NCBI GenBank assembly: GCA_964247055.1
Contig: OZ176051.1
Span: forward strand, 9,982,001 to 10,046,000
DNA from: Paragordius varius
Lineage: Eukaryota; Animalia; Nematomorpha
Length of the DNA stretch: 64,000 nt
Direction of reading: 5' to 3'
Of the stretch, positions 1-13,010 are shown in pieces. Numbering within the stretch: position 1 is the first letter of the stretch; each line of letters starts with the position of its first letter. Position numbers and translations under genes: made by a program. The notes below the pieces were generated by a model that was not told the DNA's origin, searched no databases, and saw nothing but the letters and a program-made list of their open reading frames with translations.

Positions 1-1083
1 TAGTAAGTCTAAGAGATGCGCAGTATTCTAATAATGTATCACCTTCTTTGTTACGGCTGCCAAAAGCGTTTCCTCCATGTATTCTCATATAGTCTTCACC
101 ATTAGTGCCAACGTGGGAATTGAAATCTCCACCTATAAAAATTTTGTCATTTGGAGGTATTGCATGGGAAATGTCGTATAGTTGGTTCCAAAAGGCTTGT
201 TTGGTTGCTCCGTTTAATCCAGACTGGGGAGCATAGATGGAAAGTATGTTAAGAATTTGTTTTTTAAAGCCGATACGTATTTGGATAATTCTTTCGTTGT
301 GTCTGTTTACTTCTATTATATTATCACAATATTCATTTTTAATAGCTATAGCCACTCCATGTTGGCCTTTCATTTGACCTTTGTAGAAAATTGTATAGTT
401 GTCTATATTCAGCTTTCCCTCAGATTTATATCTTGTTTCCTGGAGGCAACAGATGTCAATGTTTTTCTCTTTTATTTGGTCGATAACTAAGTTTGATCTA
501 CCGACTAGCGTCGAGATATGTGCCGATCTTAAGTGGTTTTACCATATTGTTGGGTGTTTTTTGATGTTTGTGGTTTTTTAGGAGAGCATTAATATTGTTA
601 TCATGTAAATTAATATTATTATCAAAATTAAGATTATCACATATATTAATATCATTAATAAAATTATTTGTAAGATTAATATTATCATTTTTAAAATATA
701 TATCATTGTTTAAAAGTGTTGTCAATTCATTCATTATTTTCATATACGGTATGATTAAGGCGATTGTTTTACAATTTGCATGCCTTTGCAAATCAAGAGA
801 CTATTTCGGTGTCCCCTACCTATGGAATTGCCTTTCTGGGCTTACGGAGTTCCATCCCCGCTTACATATATTAGAATTGGTTGTTTCTAGCAACTGGTTA
901 TAGCGCCAGATAAACCCGCTTTATCATCTGTGTGAATGCAGGTATTGTGGTATTTTATAGGAAAAAATAATGGTAGTTTATTTTTTTCACCACACCCAAC
1001 ACAGATGATTTCTTTCCTTTGCCGCTCCCGTTGGTATTAACCAGGGTGCACCACGCGGAGGTGGGAGTCGGACTTTGCACCCC
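1..1083 (-). mobile_element. RTE-clade LINE, 5' portion (runs off the left edge), inserted antisense in a SOS intron; endonuclease frameshifted
   Basis: Reverse complement matches 30077-31164. By eye about six substitutions plus a 5-nt deletion (TTGGA) in the APE GTWN motif, which gives KIGTYLDASR* instead of KIGTWNISTLVGR. Confidence 0.95.
1022..1083 (-). ncRNA. HDV-like self-cleaving ribozyme at the LINE 5' end (canonical J4/2 CCAA)
   Basis: Minus-strand GGGGUGC-AAAGU-CCG(A)CUCCC-ACC-UCCGCGU-GGU-GCACCCU-GG-UUAAUA-CCAAC-GGGAGCGG folds into P1 (G1-U wobble), P2, P3, L3 and P1.1 of the HDV double pseudoknot. Confidence 0.88.
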
Positions 1084-1145
1084 AGAATTTCATATCTTAA
1101 AAATATTAAAAAATAAAGGTAATTTTTAATGTAGAAAATACATAA

Positions 1146-1189
1146 ATTATTTTAGGGAATTGTTCAAGGGTGAATTTGAACTGTAAATG
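1146..1189. mobile_element. Solo right TIR of MITE family A
   Basis: attatttttagggaattgttcaagggtgaatttgaactgtaaatg matches the right end of the 52567-52915 element. Confidence 0.7.
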
Positions 1190-1238
1190 ATATATTATAA
1201 TGTTTTTTTATTATAATACTATGTATTTACTTTTTTAG

Positions 1239-4200
1239 GGTTTTAAACGTACTTCGACACTGGCTTAACTATCATTACTATGATTTTAAACTTGATCCAG
1301 CTTTGCTTGAAAAACTGCGCACCTTCTTGGTAAATCTGTCATTCCACAAAAATAAGTCCAGATATGTGGAAATGATGCAAAATTTGATCCACAAACGGGT
1401 AGCGAGCGCAATATTATTTGTTTTTTAAATATATACATATAAATTTTGTAATATATTTTTTATAAAAATTCACTCGTAAACATCTTAAAATAATTTAACA
1501 GTTTTAAATCTCCTTCAAAAGCATAATTCCTAAAAACCACTTTAAATCAAAAATATTTAGATTTTCTGTAACAAATTTTTAATCTTAATATATAAATAAT
1601 AATTCATAAAAGGGTAACTTTCAAATTCGAATTTGCAATGTTTAGAGATGATTTTGAATTATAATTGGTATAATATTTTACACTTTTACCATTCAAGAAT
1701 GATTTTATTTTGTTTTTTTATTTTTTTATATAGTTGGAACAAACTGAGAAACCGAAAGAATTGGTTTTTGACCATCCTGCACCACCTATTGAGTGGCATT
1801 TAACGCGAAACCCTTCAGATTTCAATTTGTTTACAGTAATTATTTGTTGATTTATAATTTTTTCAAAGTTTTTTTAAAAGGGTTTTATTATTCGCTTTAT
1901 GACCCTTTTTAATAATATAAATATATATATATTATTTTTTTTTATTAGATATTAATAAAAATTTTTATAATAATATTTTACAATTATTTTTTAAAATTAT
2001 ATCAAAACTTAGCTGGTTTTGAGTGGTTTATAATAACAAACAATTATTAATTTTGTGGGAAGTTGTGATCAACTTTGAATTACAACTTAAAATTTGGACC
2101 CTAATTAAAAAAAATCTAAAAATGCTTGTTGATAAGATCAAGCTAATTTATTTATAAGCGCTCTTTACCTAAATCCATATTTAAAATGGGCTGGTCCTCT
2201 GTAGATATTTTTTCATTTTATATTATCTATCTATAGTTACATCCGCTTGAATTTGCTCGTCAATTAACACTCTATGAATTCGAATTGTATCGAGCTATTA
2301 AACCGTCGGAATTAATTGGTACCGCATGGACAAAACATGACAAACACAAATTAAGTTCAAATCTACTCCAAATGACCAAACATTCTACCAAAGTACTTTT
2401 ACTAGAAAATTAATGTTGTATAAAGAGATTATAATCTAAACATTATTTTTTTTCGATCATATATTCTTGTGAAATTAACCACGATATTTGCATTGTGTTT
2501 CAATCTAAAATATTTGTAATTCAACTTAAGTATTTATATCAAAAATATTATAGTAATTTTGAAAAGATATATGACATACGGCATTTTCTATTGTTTAAAG
2601 CACGATTTCACTCACGATCAAAATAAATTTATAAAAACTCTATCTATTACTTTTAATCCAGCAAAATAATATTTCTATATAATTTTTAGATTACCTATTG
2701 GCTAGAATCAACCATAATAAACACGGAAAATTTTGAAGAGAGATGCGCTCTCATGAACAGAATATTGGAAATACTTAGGGCTTTGGATCAAATGAATAAT
2801 TTTAATGGCTTACTCGAAATAATAAGTGCCTTAAATTCGGCCCCAGTTTATCGGTTACATCACACATTTGAAGTATTAAGCATTTTTAATTGGCTAAATA
2901 ATAACGTTGAGTCCAGATACTTAGAACCTTATTATAATGAAGATTTTATATCAATACCTATTTTAGAGTGTTTTTTTTCGGTCTTACTAAAGGGTATAGT
3001 AAATTAAATTGTATCTAGGACTTATGTTAGCTAGGATAATTGATAGTTTGGTTTAAGTCAGGGGTGGCTATCACACGGCCCTTGGAGATATTATTTATGG
3101 CCCGCGAAAAGTTTATATCATATTTGCATAATTTTTAAAAATATGCTGATAGAATCTTGGCAAAATATAAACAAATTTCTTATTCATTAAATTGGCAATG
3201 ATATGCGAAAATTGGTGAAGTTATTGTTCCCCATTCTTTACAGTCAGTCCTACATTAATTAAAATATTTATGAATACCCATATACTTCTCGAATGCGGCG
3301 CGGCTTGCCGGATTTTCGAGTTGAAAAGGCGGCCCGCAAAGCCATTTGTGTTGGACACCCTTTGATTAAATGATAAATTTGGTTAAGATTATGCAAATGA
3401 AAAGATTTACGGCTTTTTTATCAAATTATTCATTACATCATTTATTTCACAATATAAACGCCAGCAAAATCGAGACTAATAATTAAACAAATCAATTAAT
3501 GTAAACATATAATTTACTTTTAGCATGTTCCACCAAAATTACTCAAATTTTATCAGGACGTTTGTGACATTATGTTAGATCGACACTACAAATTATATCG
3601 TCAAAAATTGGGTCTTATAAGTCCACCATGTGTACCATTTTTAGGTAATTTATATTGTGCTTACAAAAAACAATTTTTTTAAAAAATTAAACCTTATTTA
3701 GTACTATTTTTTTGCGTTAGGTATTTATATGTCTGACATTTTACACTTGGAAGAAGGAAATCCCAATTACATTTACACAACATCCTCATCAGATCCTGAA
3801 CAATCATTTTCTCAAAATGGTTAATATTTTTTTCCTTATTAAAATTTACTTTTTTTAGAAATATTTGTATTATTTTTTGAATATTACACTATAAATTTTT
3901 GATTCAATCATATAAATTTTTAACATTTAAACAGGCGACAAGGATGAAAAATGTAATGGATTACCATTAAATGATAAAGGAGGAGTAAAACGACACAAAC
4001 TCATCAACTTTTTCAAATGGTCAAAGGTTGCTCAAGTTTGCAAAGATATCCAAAATTATCAAAATGTCCATTATAATTTTACGTTTCAAACGGATATTCA
4101 AGTACTTTTTACAATAAATTTATAAAAAAATCATTAGTCGTCAAAAATAAGTTATTGCTTTTATTAATATATCTATTTCTTTAGGATTATATTAAAAACA

Positions 4201-7200
4201 TTGACCCATTTGCTACGATTTCGGAAAAAGATTTAGATGAAGATTTATACCAAAAATCTCTTTTAATTGAACCAAAAGATGCAACAACCGTCAAACTTTT
4301 ACCAAAATTTGTAATTATTACTCAAACATTTAATTTTTTATTAAATTAAGTTTTAAATCTATTTTTATCATTTTTTATTTGCACAGGCTAACAGTTATTT
4401 CCGTAAAACAAAACTAACTTATATATATCCAAAATTATTCTCATCTAAACCCCAACAATCGAACAATTATTTTTTATATCTATTATTACCACCTTCTAAA
4501 ATAAGTTTTCTTAAGTTACGAAATCATATTTTAGACTTAAAAACTACCACTTTTTTAAATAAAGGTTCAGTACTTCGTAGTTGATAATTCCTATCATATA
4601 TTTAAAAAACTTTTTTAAATAGCCAAAAAAGTATGGAGATATTAATCTTAAATCCCCTGGGCTTAAACCATCGACTATAACTTTTAACAGCAACTCATCA
4701 GACCATAATAATATAATGAAACCTGGAAATTCCAATACAATAAGCAGCAATACATTACCACGTTGTTCTTTGTTAAAGGGTGGTGGTGGCATTGGTGTCC
4801 CTATTACACAATCGCCTATCATTAATGTTAATGCCAAAATTGCGACACTGGGAAAACGAAAGTACTGTTTTTTTTCTTATTTAGTTAGTTGGGTAGTATA
4901 CCATTTACACTTTAAATTCACCCTTGAACAATTCGAATCCATCCTAAAATGAATTATGTGTTTTTTAAGATTAAATATTACCTTCGTTTAAAATTAACAT
5001 AATACCGAAAAAAGAATAATCTAAGCCATAAAGTGATAATGAGTTATCATAGCCCGAACACTAATTTTTTTAGGGTGAATTTTAATTGTTCGAAGGAGAA
5101 TTATAATTGTTCAAGGGTGAATTTAGTTGCAAATGGTATAAATAAAATTTTAAAAATAAAAGATTGTCAATGTTTTTTTCCAATACGGCCGGCCATTTAA
5201 ACCGTTTTTATCAAAAACATAATATAATTAATAAATTTTTATTAGATTTAACAAATTTAAAGCAAGTGCCACCCAAACCCTCGAAAAAACGGCAAAGGGA
5301 CTCAGGCTTCAAAGCAATAATGTTAGTTCGAATAATATTGTCTTAGTTTCTTCATCAACAATTATCCCTTCGGCTGAAAGGAGTGGTTCCGTTTCTACGA
5401 ATTGTAGTATGATCGGGGATTGCGATACAGCAAATTTAACCCCTAGCACACCATCTCCTAATTTAAACAACACTACCCAAATAAATTTTTCGGATCATCA
5501 AGAAGCGAAAAATGGAAATAGATTAAAAAGTTATCAACACAACCAAAAAACTACTAACTCATCCCTGGCCATGTTGGCTAATACAATATCTAACACCTTG
5601 CGGACATCCACAGGTTATCAATTTATTTATTAAATTTTGAAAAATAAAAGATGTTCATTGGATATATTTACAATAATTGTAAAAAATATAACAACAGGTA
5701 CCAAAAATTCTCCTAGAAACTTTTTTGCCACACATTTTATGTCATCCGGGGCTGTTCAACGGGGTTCTACTAACATCGGACGATCTTTGGAAAAAAGTAA
5801 AAATGAATCTGATGTACAACAAAATATTAAATTACAATCTGAACAAAATACCGTATCATCCATCGTCCCAGCAAAATTTGGACAAAAATCATGCAAAAAC
5901 ATGCAATTAAAGCTGGACAAGAAACCCGAGTTTCTTAAGTTATTTCCAGGTAATTATTCATTTGACAACAAGATATAAGGTGTTACAATTAAAATTTTCC
6001 ATCGGGAATGCGTTTTAATTACAAAAAAAGGATTAAAACTGATATTCAACTTTCACTCTTTAAAAGCCCCATAAATTTTTTCTATTTAAACTTTAAATAT
6101 ATGTTTTGATAAAAATTATCCAATTCTCAAGCACATTTTGTATATTATTTGTTAAATTGCAATATTTCAGAAATTTAAAATCACAGTTTTTTGCGGATTG
6201 TGTATGTCGGTATTTCTTTACAAAAACTTTATATTTGGCCCTAAACTCGGTAATACATTATGAAAAATGTTACAATCTTTCTAATTGCACACATTATAAA
6301 CCAAAATTTTTACGACTAAATTAAATCTTAACACTACCTGCAAACATATATAGATTTATCTCCTTCATCTCCGACATCAACAACCACATCATCATCTACG
6401 GTTCCAAATACTCCGTGTAGTTCTCTTACACCCCTCTCACTAAATTCATCAATAAATTCGGCCTCGTCAGCAGCCTCCATAACGAATTTGGATATTGGGA
6501 CAAACAATAAATCTGTCAAAGTTATTACTACTAATCAGCAGCAAAATACGAGTAAATACTACAATAAAATTAACCAAAACAGCAATAACGGCAACAATAT
6601 TAATGGTCGGAGGTGTAATAATGTATTCAAGTTTAATCGTTCTGCCATCGATAAACATTTTGATCTTCATAACCAGAGTAATTTTGATGGCTCTTCAATA
6701 GATTCTTTGATGAATTATAGTACGAAACGTGAAAAGCATATTGAGGGCGAACAAAACAATGAACATGAAATAACTATTTCACCCAATTTAACATCATCTA
6801 TAAATAATATGGATAACACGGGCTTCGACGCAGGTTCCCCCTCAAGTGATAGCTTGTATCATCCTTTCTTTGTTTTTCCAAAGTAGTAATTATTTAATTT
6901 ATCTCGTAATTAATTTTGCAAAAAATATATATGAGACTATTGTAAAATATGTTTGTATTTAGATTTACACCTATTTATTTGTTTAATGATGTATGAATAC
7001 GTAAGAAACACATTTTTTCCATAGCACACTTTTTGTTTGTTTTAGCAGTATATATATATACTATTACACATACATTTTTTTATGTTATTATTATTGTTGT
7101 TATTGCTATATATCAAAGTCCGCCAATGAAATTTGCTCAATCGGAAAAACAGCCCGAAGAAGACTCATCAACACTGCATTCAGGTTACAGTCAAATAACA

Positions 7201-8747
7201 ATTGTTTCTAATCAAACTATTATTTATGGGGGTGAGACTGAAAACATAGCACATAAAACGCTAAATAACACGGAAGAAAATAATGTTAAAAGCAAAACAA
7301 ACACAATTGAAAAAACGATGGGAAACAATGGACAACAACGTCAAATTGAGAGGTTTATTTGTTTTATCGATTGATTATTTGTTATTTACACAAAAAATAT
7401 ATTTAATTTTTTATATGACATTTTAGCTAAATTTATACTTTTAAATTATGTAAATTAACATAATTATATAATTTACTTTATTTTTTATTTCTGTTTTGAT
7501 TTTTTTTGATTTGATTGGTAGTTATTATGCAATTTGAAATATTACTGTAGCATTATTAATATCCATAATAGTAATGACTTGTTATTTATTTTTTAGGAAT
7601 CTAATGATAATTATATAAATCAGAATCATTTGTTTTTATCAAGGAACCGGAACTGTTTTTTTACCCTTATTAAATTTTAAACTTTTTGAAAAAATACATA
7701 TGTTAACTTAATTTTTTATATTGTTTTTTAGAATTATCAGACAGACATTTGACCTAAAAAACAAAAATTTTAAACCCGCTTTTATAAAACCGTCTTTTCA
7801 AATTCCTACCATATTCTTTTAATGATAATTACCTCTACTATCTCATTTATCATAAAATCATATAACTTTTACTTATTTTGAGATGTACATAAATTTAGAT
7901 TATTTTATTTTGTTTTTTTATTATATGGGTTTGTAATGTGTTTTTTAGCGATAAAAATAAAACACCGATTCCAACGCTCCCACCCAGATCCACCAAAATA
8001 TATGATTCAAGCACATCACCTAACCTGATAGACCTTATAACACCACCCCCTATTTTACCTCGCCTGGTAAAATCATCTAACACTAATGTTAATCAAGTAT
8101 GTTTAACAATTAAACTTTATAATAAAATAAAATCATTTAATAACACCATCAAAAAACGTTTCATTTGGATTTAATTTAGATTTATAAGGTAAACCATTAA
8201 AACAAATGTTTTCCTTTAATTTTTTTAAAAAAATTTTGTTACTGAAATATAAATTGTTGTTGTTTTATTGAACAAACAAAACTAATTATAGGTTTATTAA
8301 CTATTTAATACTAAAAAGGAAACAATAATATCTTTCATAACTTATAAAAATATTTGAATTTGAACAGATTTGCACTTTTATTTTGTTTTTAAATTGCAGA
8401 GTCCTATGATAAAAGGCAAAGTTAAACGCAGACTTCCTCCCCCCTTACCTATTGTCACAGAAACGCAAACTCAAACTTTTTCTACAAGTATGGCCTCAGA
8501 CGACAAACCACCCCCTCTACCACCTAAAAACTATGTCCACACCACCATTAATTTATTAAATAATAATTTTGATAAAACAAAAAAACTAACATCCACGAAA
8601 ACGCTCACTTCAGTTACCTCAAATACAGATGAAAATTGTAAAAGTCATAATAATTTAACCAGAAATACCCCAAATGATACTTTAAGTCAACAAGATCCCT
8701 CCGATAATGAACATTATTATGATGACCCATGTCGATCTTTGTTATAG
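1239..8747 (+). CDS. SOS: Son of sevenless Ras guanine nucleotide exchange factor (REM, CDC25 domain and proline-rich tail; 5' exons lie outside the window)
   Basis: GT-AG exons 1239-1398 (RVLNVLRHW), 1734-1835, 2237-2392 ([12 protein letters not shown]), 2690-2872 ([21 protein letters not shown]), 3524-3644 (PPCVPFLG), 3721-3819, 3935-4101, 4185-4310 (SLLIEPK) and 4623-4861. Low-complexity exons follow at about 5246-5613, 5697-5949, 6353-6883, 7111-7350, 7949-8096 and 8400-8747, with SH3-binding motifs PTLPPR, PPILPR and PPPLPPK. Tail exon boundaries are approximate. Confidence 0.95.
3059..3364. mobile_element. hAT-like MITE in a SOS intron
   Basis: Termini CAGGGGTGG and TTGGACACCCTTTG with internal GCGGCCCGC motifs; related to 60335-60582. 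No clean 8-bp TSD remains. Confidence 0.6.
4901..5136. mobile_element. MITE family A (TA-flanked, ITm-type)
   Basis: TA|CCATTTACAC...TTGCAAATGG|TA, with degenerate 21-bp AATTCAAATTCACCCTTGAAC units in both TIRs. Confidence 0.85.
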
Positions 8748-9736
8748 AAGAAAAATGCGCTTTTTGTAAAACATGAAGAAATATTTTATTTATTTGTATG
8801 CATGATTGAGATATTAGTTTTTTATGTACACTATATTTTATATAGAAGATTTCTATATTATTATATTTATTCAATGCAATTATGCAATAAACTTAAATTG
8901 TTTTCCCATATGAATACATTGATTATTAACTCAAAAAATGGCGAAATGTAAACGTATACGCCAATCGATTGACTATATAAATTAGTTTAACTGTTTAATT
9001 AATTAAATGAGTTCCTGTACATAGCTATATTCTTTCACTATTCGATGGTTTAATCTATATCTATTTGTAAATAGCTTTTATTAAATTTATGTTATTAGCA
9101 ATTCTATAATATTCCTTTTTGCTAAGTATTAATCATATACTATTTTCTCGGCTTTTGTTGTTAAACCGTAAGTCTTCAAAATCAAAATGCCGATAATCTA
9201 AATGACATTATTTAAACCACTTCATCATATATTTATGAATGAATCATTAAACTAAGTCAAAATTACAGTAATCACTAAAATCGCACATTGAAATCAATCA
9301 CCCCCGCCCCCTTCCCCATTAACATCTAAAATATCTAATTTTTCTATAAAAATACCCAATTTTTCACTACTACCATAAGCATTTTTAATACCTTGCTGTA
9401 AAACGAAATATAGCAATGGTCACCAAACAAATTTAAAGGGTCGCAAAAAATATTTATTTTGGCTCATTGGCCATGCACCTTATACTACCGATATTAATTT
9501 CATAGCTACTTCACTTAGAATTCAGTTTTGCCACGGCTTGAGTATTTATTGTGTTATAGGGTACCGAATTTATTGTTGGCTAATGGTAAAAACCAAAAAA
9601 GCTTGAAATTAACATTTTTTTCCTTTTTTACAACAATATTTTTTTAGTTAATTGTGTAAAAAAATTTATTTTATAAAATAACATATACAAGAACAATACA
9701 AAATAGCGTTTTAGATGGATGGGAAAGAACATTTAT

Positions 9737-10744
9737 TTATGATGTGTTAGTAGGTTGAGGTGTATCCTTCACAGGATAAATTTTGTAGGTTAGAGTTACC
9801 AATTCGTGCAATTCACTATCTTTCTCCATATAAAGGAGTAAAGATAGAAAAATATATTGTATCAAGGTTATACAATTTACGATAGCCATATTTGGTTTTG
9901 TAAGAAAGTAATACATTTCTAGCGGTATATCTATAAGTATCATAATCCCAATCAAAGTTATCAAAATAATAAGGCAACTGATTTTATATCTCAATTTGGA
10001 ATACATTTCTAAAATGTAACGAACAATATTTTCATTATCTCCATGAACATTTCTAAACATTCTCAATTTATTTTGTTGGTATTGCAAGCTTACAGTAGAT
10101 GGGTCATTCATGGCATACAATGATTTTATATGCCTATTCAGACCATATTTCTTACGAATCAAGAAAACCATTGACCAAAACACTATGATAAAACGTTTGA
10201 TTTCAATGTAGATCCAAGAAGAATAATCAAAATATGGGCTTACCTGGCTGGCAAACCAATATATTTCATCAGTCATTGTACATGGTTCATTATCTACAAT
10301 TACAATGTTAAAAGCGAGCGATATCATATACCCGATAATGTAAATCATGAAAAACGAATCAATAACTATAATAATATATTTCAACTTTCGATATCTACCC
10401 GCTCTTGCTCCAAGCTTAATGAGCGTGAACAGCGCATTAACCAATAACATATACCGTAGATAAAGTTCAAGTGTTGATAATTCGGTTTGCAAACCCATGA
10501 ATTTGCAAATGCCCAGGGTCACATTTATCTCCCGCGTTAGTAATATGTAATCTAAAACATCGTAAATACTTTTGCATATTGAAACGATGACTAAAACCAA
10601 ATAAATTACGATATGATTCTTCATTTTTCGTAAATTTTTCCATTTAACCAAGAATATGAGAATACAAATCGAGATGGTTAATTGGCCCACGCTTACGCCA
10701 AAACTAAAATAATTTATTTGTGCCGATTCATTTTCATCTTCCAT
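9737..10744 (-). CDS. Intronless divergent seven-transmembrane receptor (GPCR-like), about 335 aa
   Basis: 1-kb open frame in TE-rich AT DNA with seven hydrophobic segments, Cys at the top of TM3 (GICKF) and in ECL2 (NEPC), and a TM6 Pro (IDIP). First ATG is at 10744 (the ORF track starts at an upstream TTG). No DRY or NPxxY. Confidence 0.8.
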   Translation of the reverse strand: MEDENESAQINYFSFGVSVGQLTISICILIFLVKWKNLRKMKNHIVIYLVLVIVSICKSIYDVLDYILLTREINVTLGICKFMGLQTELSTLELYLRYMLLVNALFTLIKLGARAGRYRKLKYIIIVIDSFFMIYIIGYMISLAFNIVIVDNEPCTMTDEIYWFASQVSPYFDYSSWIYIEIKRFIIVFWSMVFLIRKKYGLNRHIKSLYAMNDPSTVSLQYQQNKLRMFRNVHGDNENIVRYILEMYSKLRYKISCLIILITLIGIMILIDIPLEMYYFLTKPNMAIVNCITLIQYIFLSLLLYMEKDSELHELVTLTYKIYPVKDTPQPTNTS

Positions 10745-12217
10745 TCGGTTGAGTAGCAAAGAGATGGATGTTGTATACAAAGGGTCTTTTTAAGTTTTTC
10801 AGAAAAATTTTAAACTTGAATTTATTTATTATTACTAATACATATATTAATTATTTATTAGTTGTCCCTCAATGATTCAATGTAAAAATTCAATGTCTAC
10901 ATTATTTTATTGAAAAAAAAATATTTTAAATGAAAACATTTTCATGATTTATTATATTTGGGCATTGTTTTCGAATTTTAGACGTAAATTAATTAATAAT
11001 TAATTACAAAGTATATAATTATATTATTTATGAGCAAATTAGTGCATTATTTTACTAGAAAATAGTAAAAAGGATTTTAATTTATAGAGCTACTTTTCCT
11101 GTATGAAATGGCTCTGGTACGCATTTTAAACTTCAAAAAACTACGTATGTAATTTTACTAATAATTTAACCTTTATTTAAAAGCAACATAAATAAAGTGA
11201 TTGAATTTTCATTACAAAAAATCATAATACCTTTTAATTTGTTAAACCATACAAACATTCATAAAAAGTAAATTTCTAAAACATCAGGCATGTGGAATGG
11301 CTTCCATCCGACGGGCCACATATCAGAATTCGCCATGTATAGTAAATTATTGAATATTTAATTGCAGACAAATTTATGATTAAAATTGAAATTAGTTAGC
11401 CATAAAACGACCGAGATATGGATAACAAAAACATTGGCATGATTTAAAATTGTTAATCAACCTTATTTTAGATTATGTGCAACCATATTATATTAGTTAT
11501 ATAGGTCTCATAAATTGTTAATTATATAGAATATGTATGTGAACAACTATATATTTTTGCCTTATTTAACAATATAAGTGGCATGTAATTAATACGGGTG
11601 TTTATGCAATTTTTGGGAAATTATAATTAAGATTTTTGAATTGAAAGCGTAAAAAATTGTTTTTACGACATACTCCAGAATTAAATGTAATTTAAATAAG
11701 TATGGGGAAAAATGTCAAAAATATCAATTTGAAATAAAATAATATATGGATACTAGACAAAAAAGGTGCCTTTTATATTTAAGACCAACAGGTAAAATTT
11801 ACCAACTAGTAAACATCATTGAAACTTTGGTTGCAACATATTTGTAATTTTATTGTTAAGTTTAAAAAACGATTAAGAAAATACACAAAAAAAATTAATT
11901 AGACACTAAAAATCTATAGAATACACAATTAAATTTGGCCCTTTATAAATATTTTGGGGATAATTGTATCGAAATCACACCGTCAATGCTATAAAAATTA
12001 TTTAAAAAACTATCATATAAATGATTTTCATAATAAATTTTATGTTGAAACCGCCTGTTTTTTAATACATAATTACATCGAAAACTGTTAAAATTAATGA
12101 AAATGTAATTTTCTTATTAGATTTAATTTAATAATCACCGGCAGGTTACATCATTTTATATTTATCACAAAATATCTTATTATTATGTATATAAATTTAT
12201 TGATATATCACATTCAA

Positions 12218-12591
12218 CTAATCATTAAATCCTGAGGGCCTTTAAATTATTCATAAATATACCATAACTTCTGTTCTTTAATATCTTTTATTTGATGCTT
12301 ATACAAAATGTTAACAATTTCGCCTTTAACCTTGTTACCTTCAGCAACTGGATCAACAAGTAAATAATTTCCGCGTAAAATCCAAATATTTTTGCGAAAT
12401 TTGGTGGGCATACTGACTAAAAATATATTGCCATTAGAGTCTTCGACCTCATGTAAATTATTACCAATACTCTTAACGACCTTAATATTATTAGTAAAAA
12501 AAACTTTAACTATTATTTGTTCGGGTAATGGTGTTATGTAACTCTCTAAGAGTTCTTTCACAACATGCTTTTTCTTAGTAGTTTTGGACAT
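12218..12591 (-). CDS. EIF1AD: Probable RNA-binding protein EIF1AD (eIF1A-like OB fold)
   Basis: MSKTTKKKHV...GNNLHEVE...FLVSMPTKFRKNIWILRGNYLLVDPVAEGNKVKGEI. A 23-nt intron at 12240-12262 restores the C-terminal LWPSGF motif, with TAG at 12218-12220. Confidence 0.95.
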
Positions 12592-12782
12592 GAGCCTCCC
12601 TTAGAGCATCTCCCTTTAATATAAGTGAATGCGTCATTACAAGTTGCGAAACAGCAGTATCAGATAACTTCACAAACTGTAATTTTTTTTAACTTTTGTC
12701 AGCATTATTTACATTATATATATATAGTGTTTTTTCCATGATATATTATTAAATTAATACAAATTAATAAAAGAAAATCTAT

Positions 12783-13010
12783 ATAGGGTGTTTTCAAAAT
12801 TTTCAATTACGGTAATTTCGAATCGGAAAAGTTTTTTTTAATATTAAAACTATTCAAATCGGGTCGGGGTATCTAAATACGCCAGACTATATATTTTTAA
12901 ACTAAAATTGTAATTTAAATTTATGCTTCTATCCTAATAAAAATTATACATGGAAAAAATTATCAAACTATTTGGACGCCATTTTTATCAAAAACTTTTG
13001 CAAAATATCG
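12783..13010. repeat. Dispersed repeat, probably a mariner-type MITE fragment
   Basis: aatttaaatttatgcttctatcctaataa and gacgccatt blocks recur at about 62998-63125 and inverted at about 47085-47290; tttagataccccaatt also recurs near 63805. Confidence 0.6.

Noticed and set aside
257-903. ORFs 257-490, 399-581 and 568-903, and their mirrors at 30257-30908
   Set aside because: They are antisense shadows of the LINE endonuclease region.
5164-5346. [11 protein letters not shown] as an extra SH3-binding motif of SOS
   Set aside because: Splice phase from the previous exon puts this exon in another frame ([15 protein letters not shown]), continuous with ORF 5409-5633.
12578-12680. Upstream minus-strand frame FVKLSDTAVSQLVMTHSLILKGDALREAHVQNY* overlapping the EIF1AD start
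   Set aside because: Short, with no recognisable homology and no convincing upstream exon; cannot be told apart from a chance frame in the 5' UTR.
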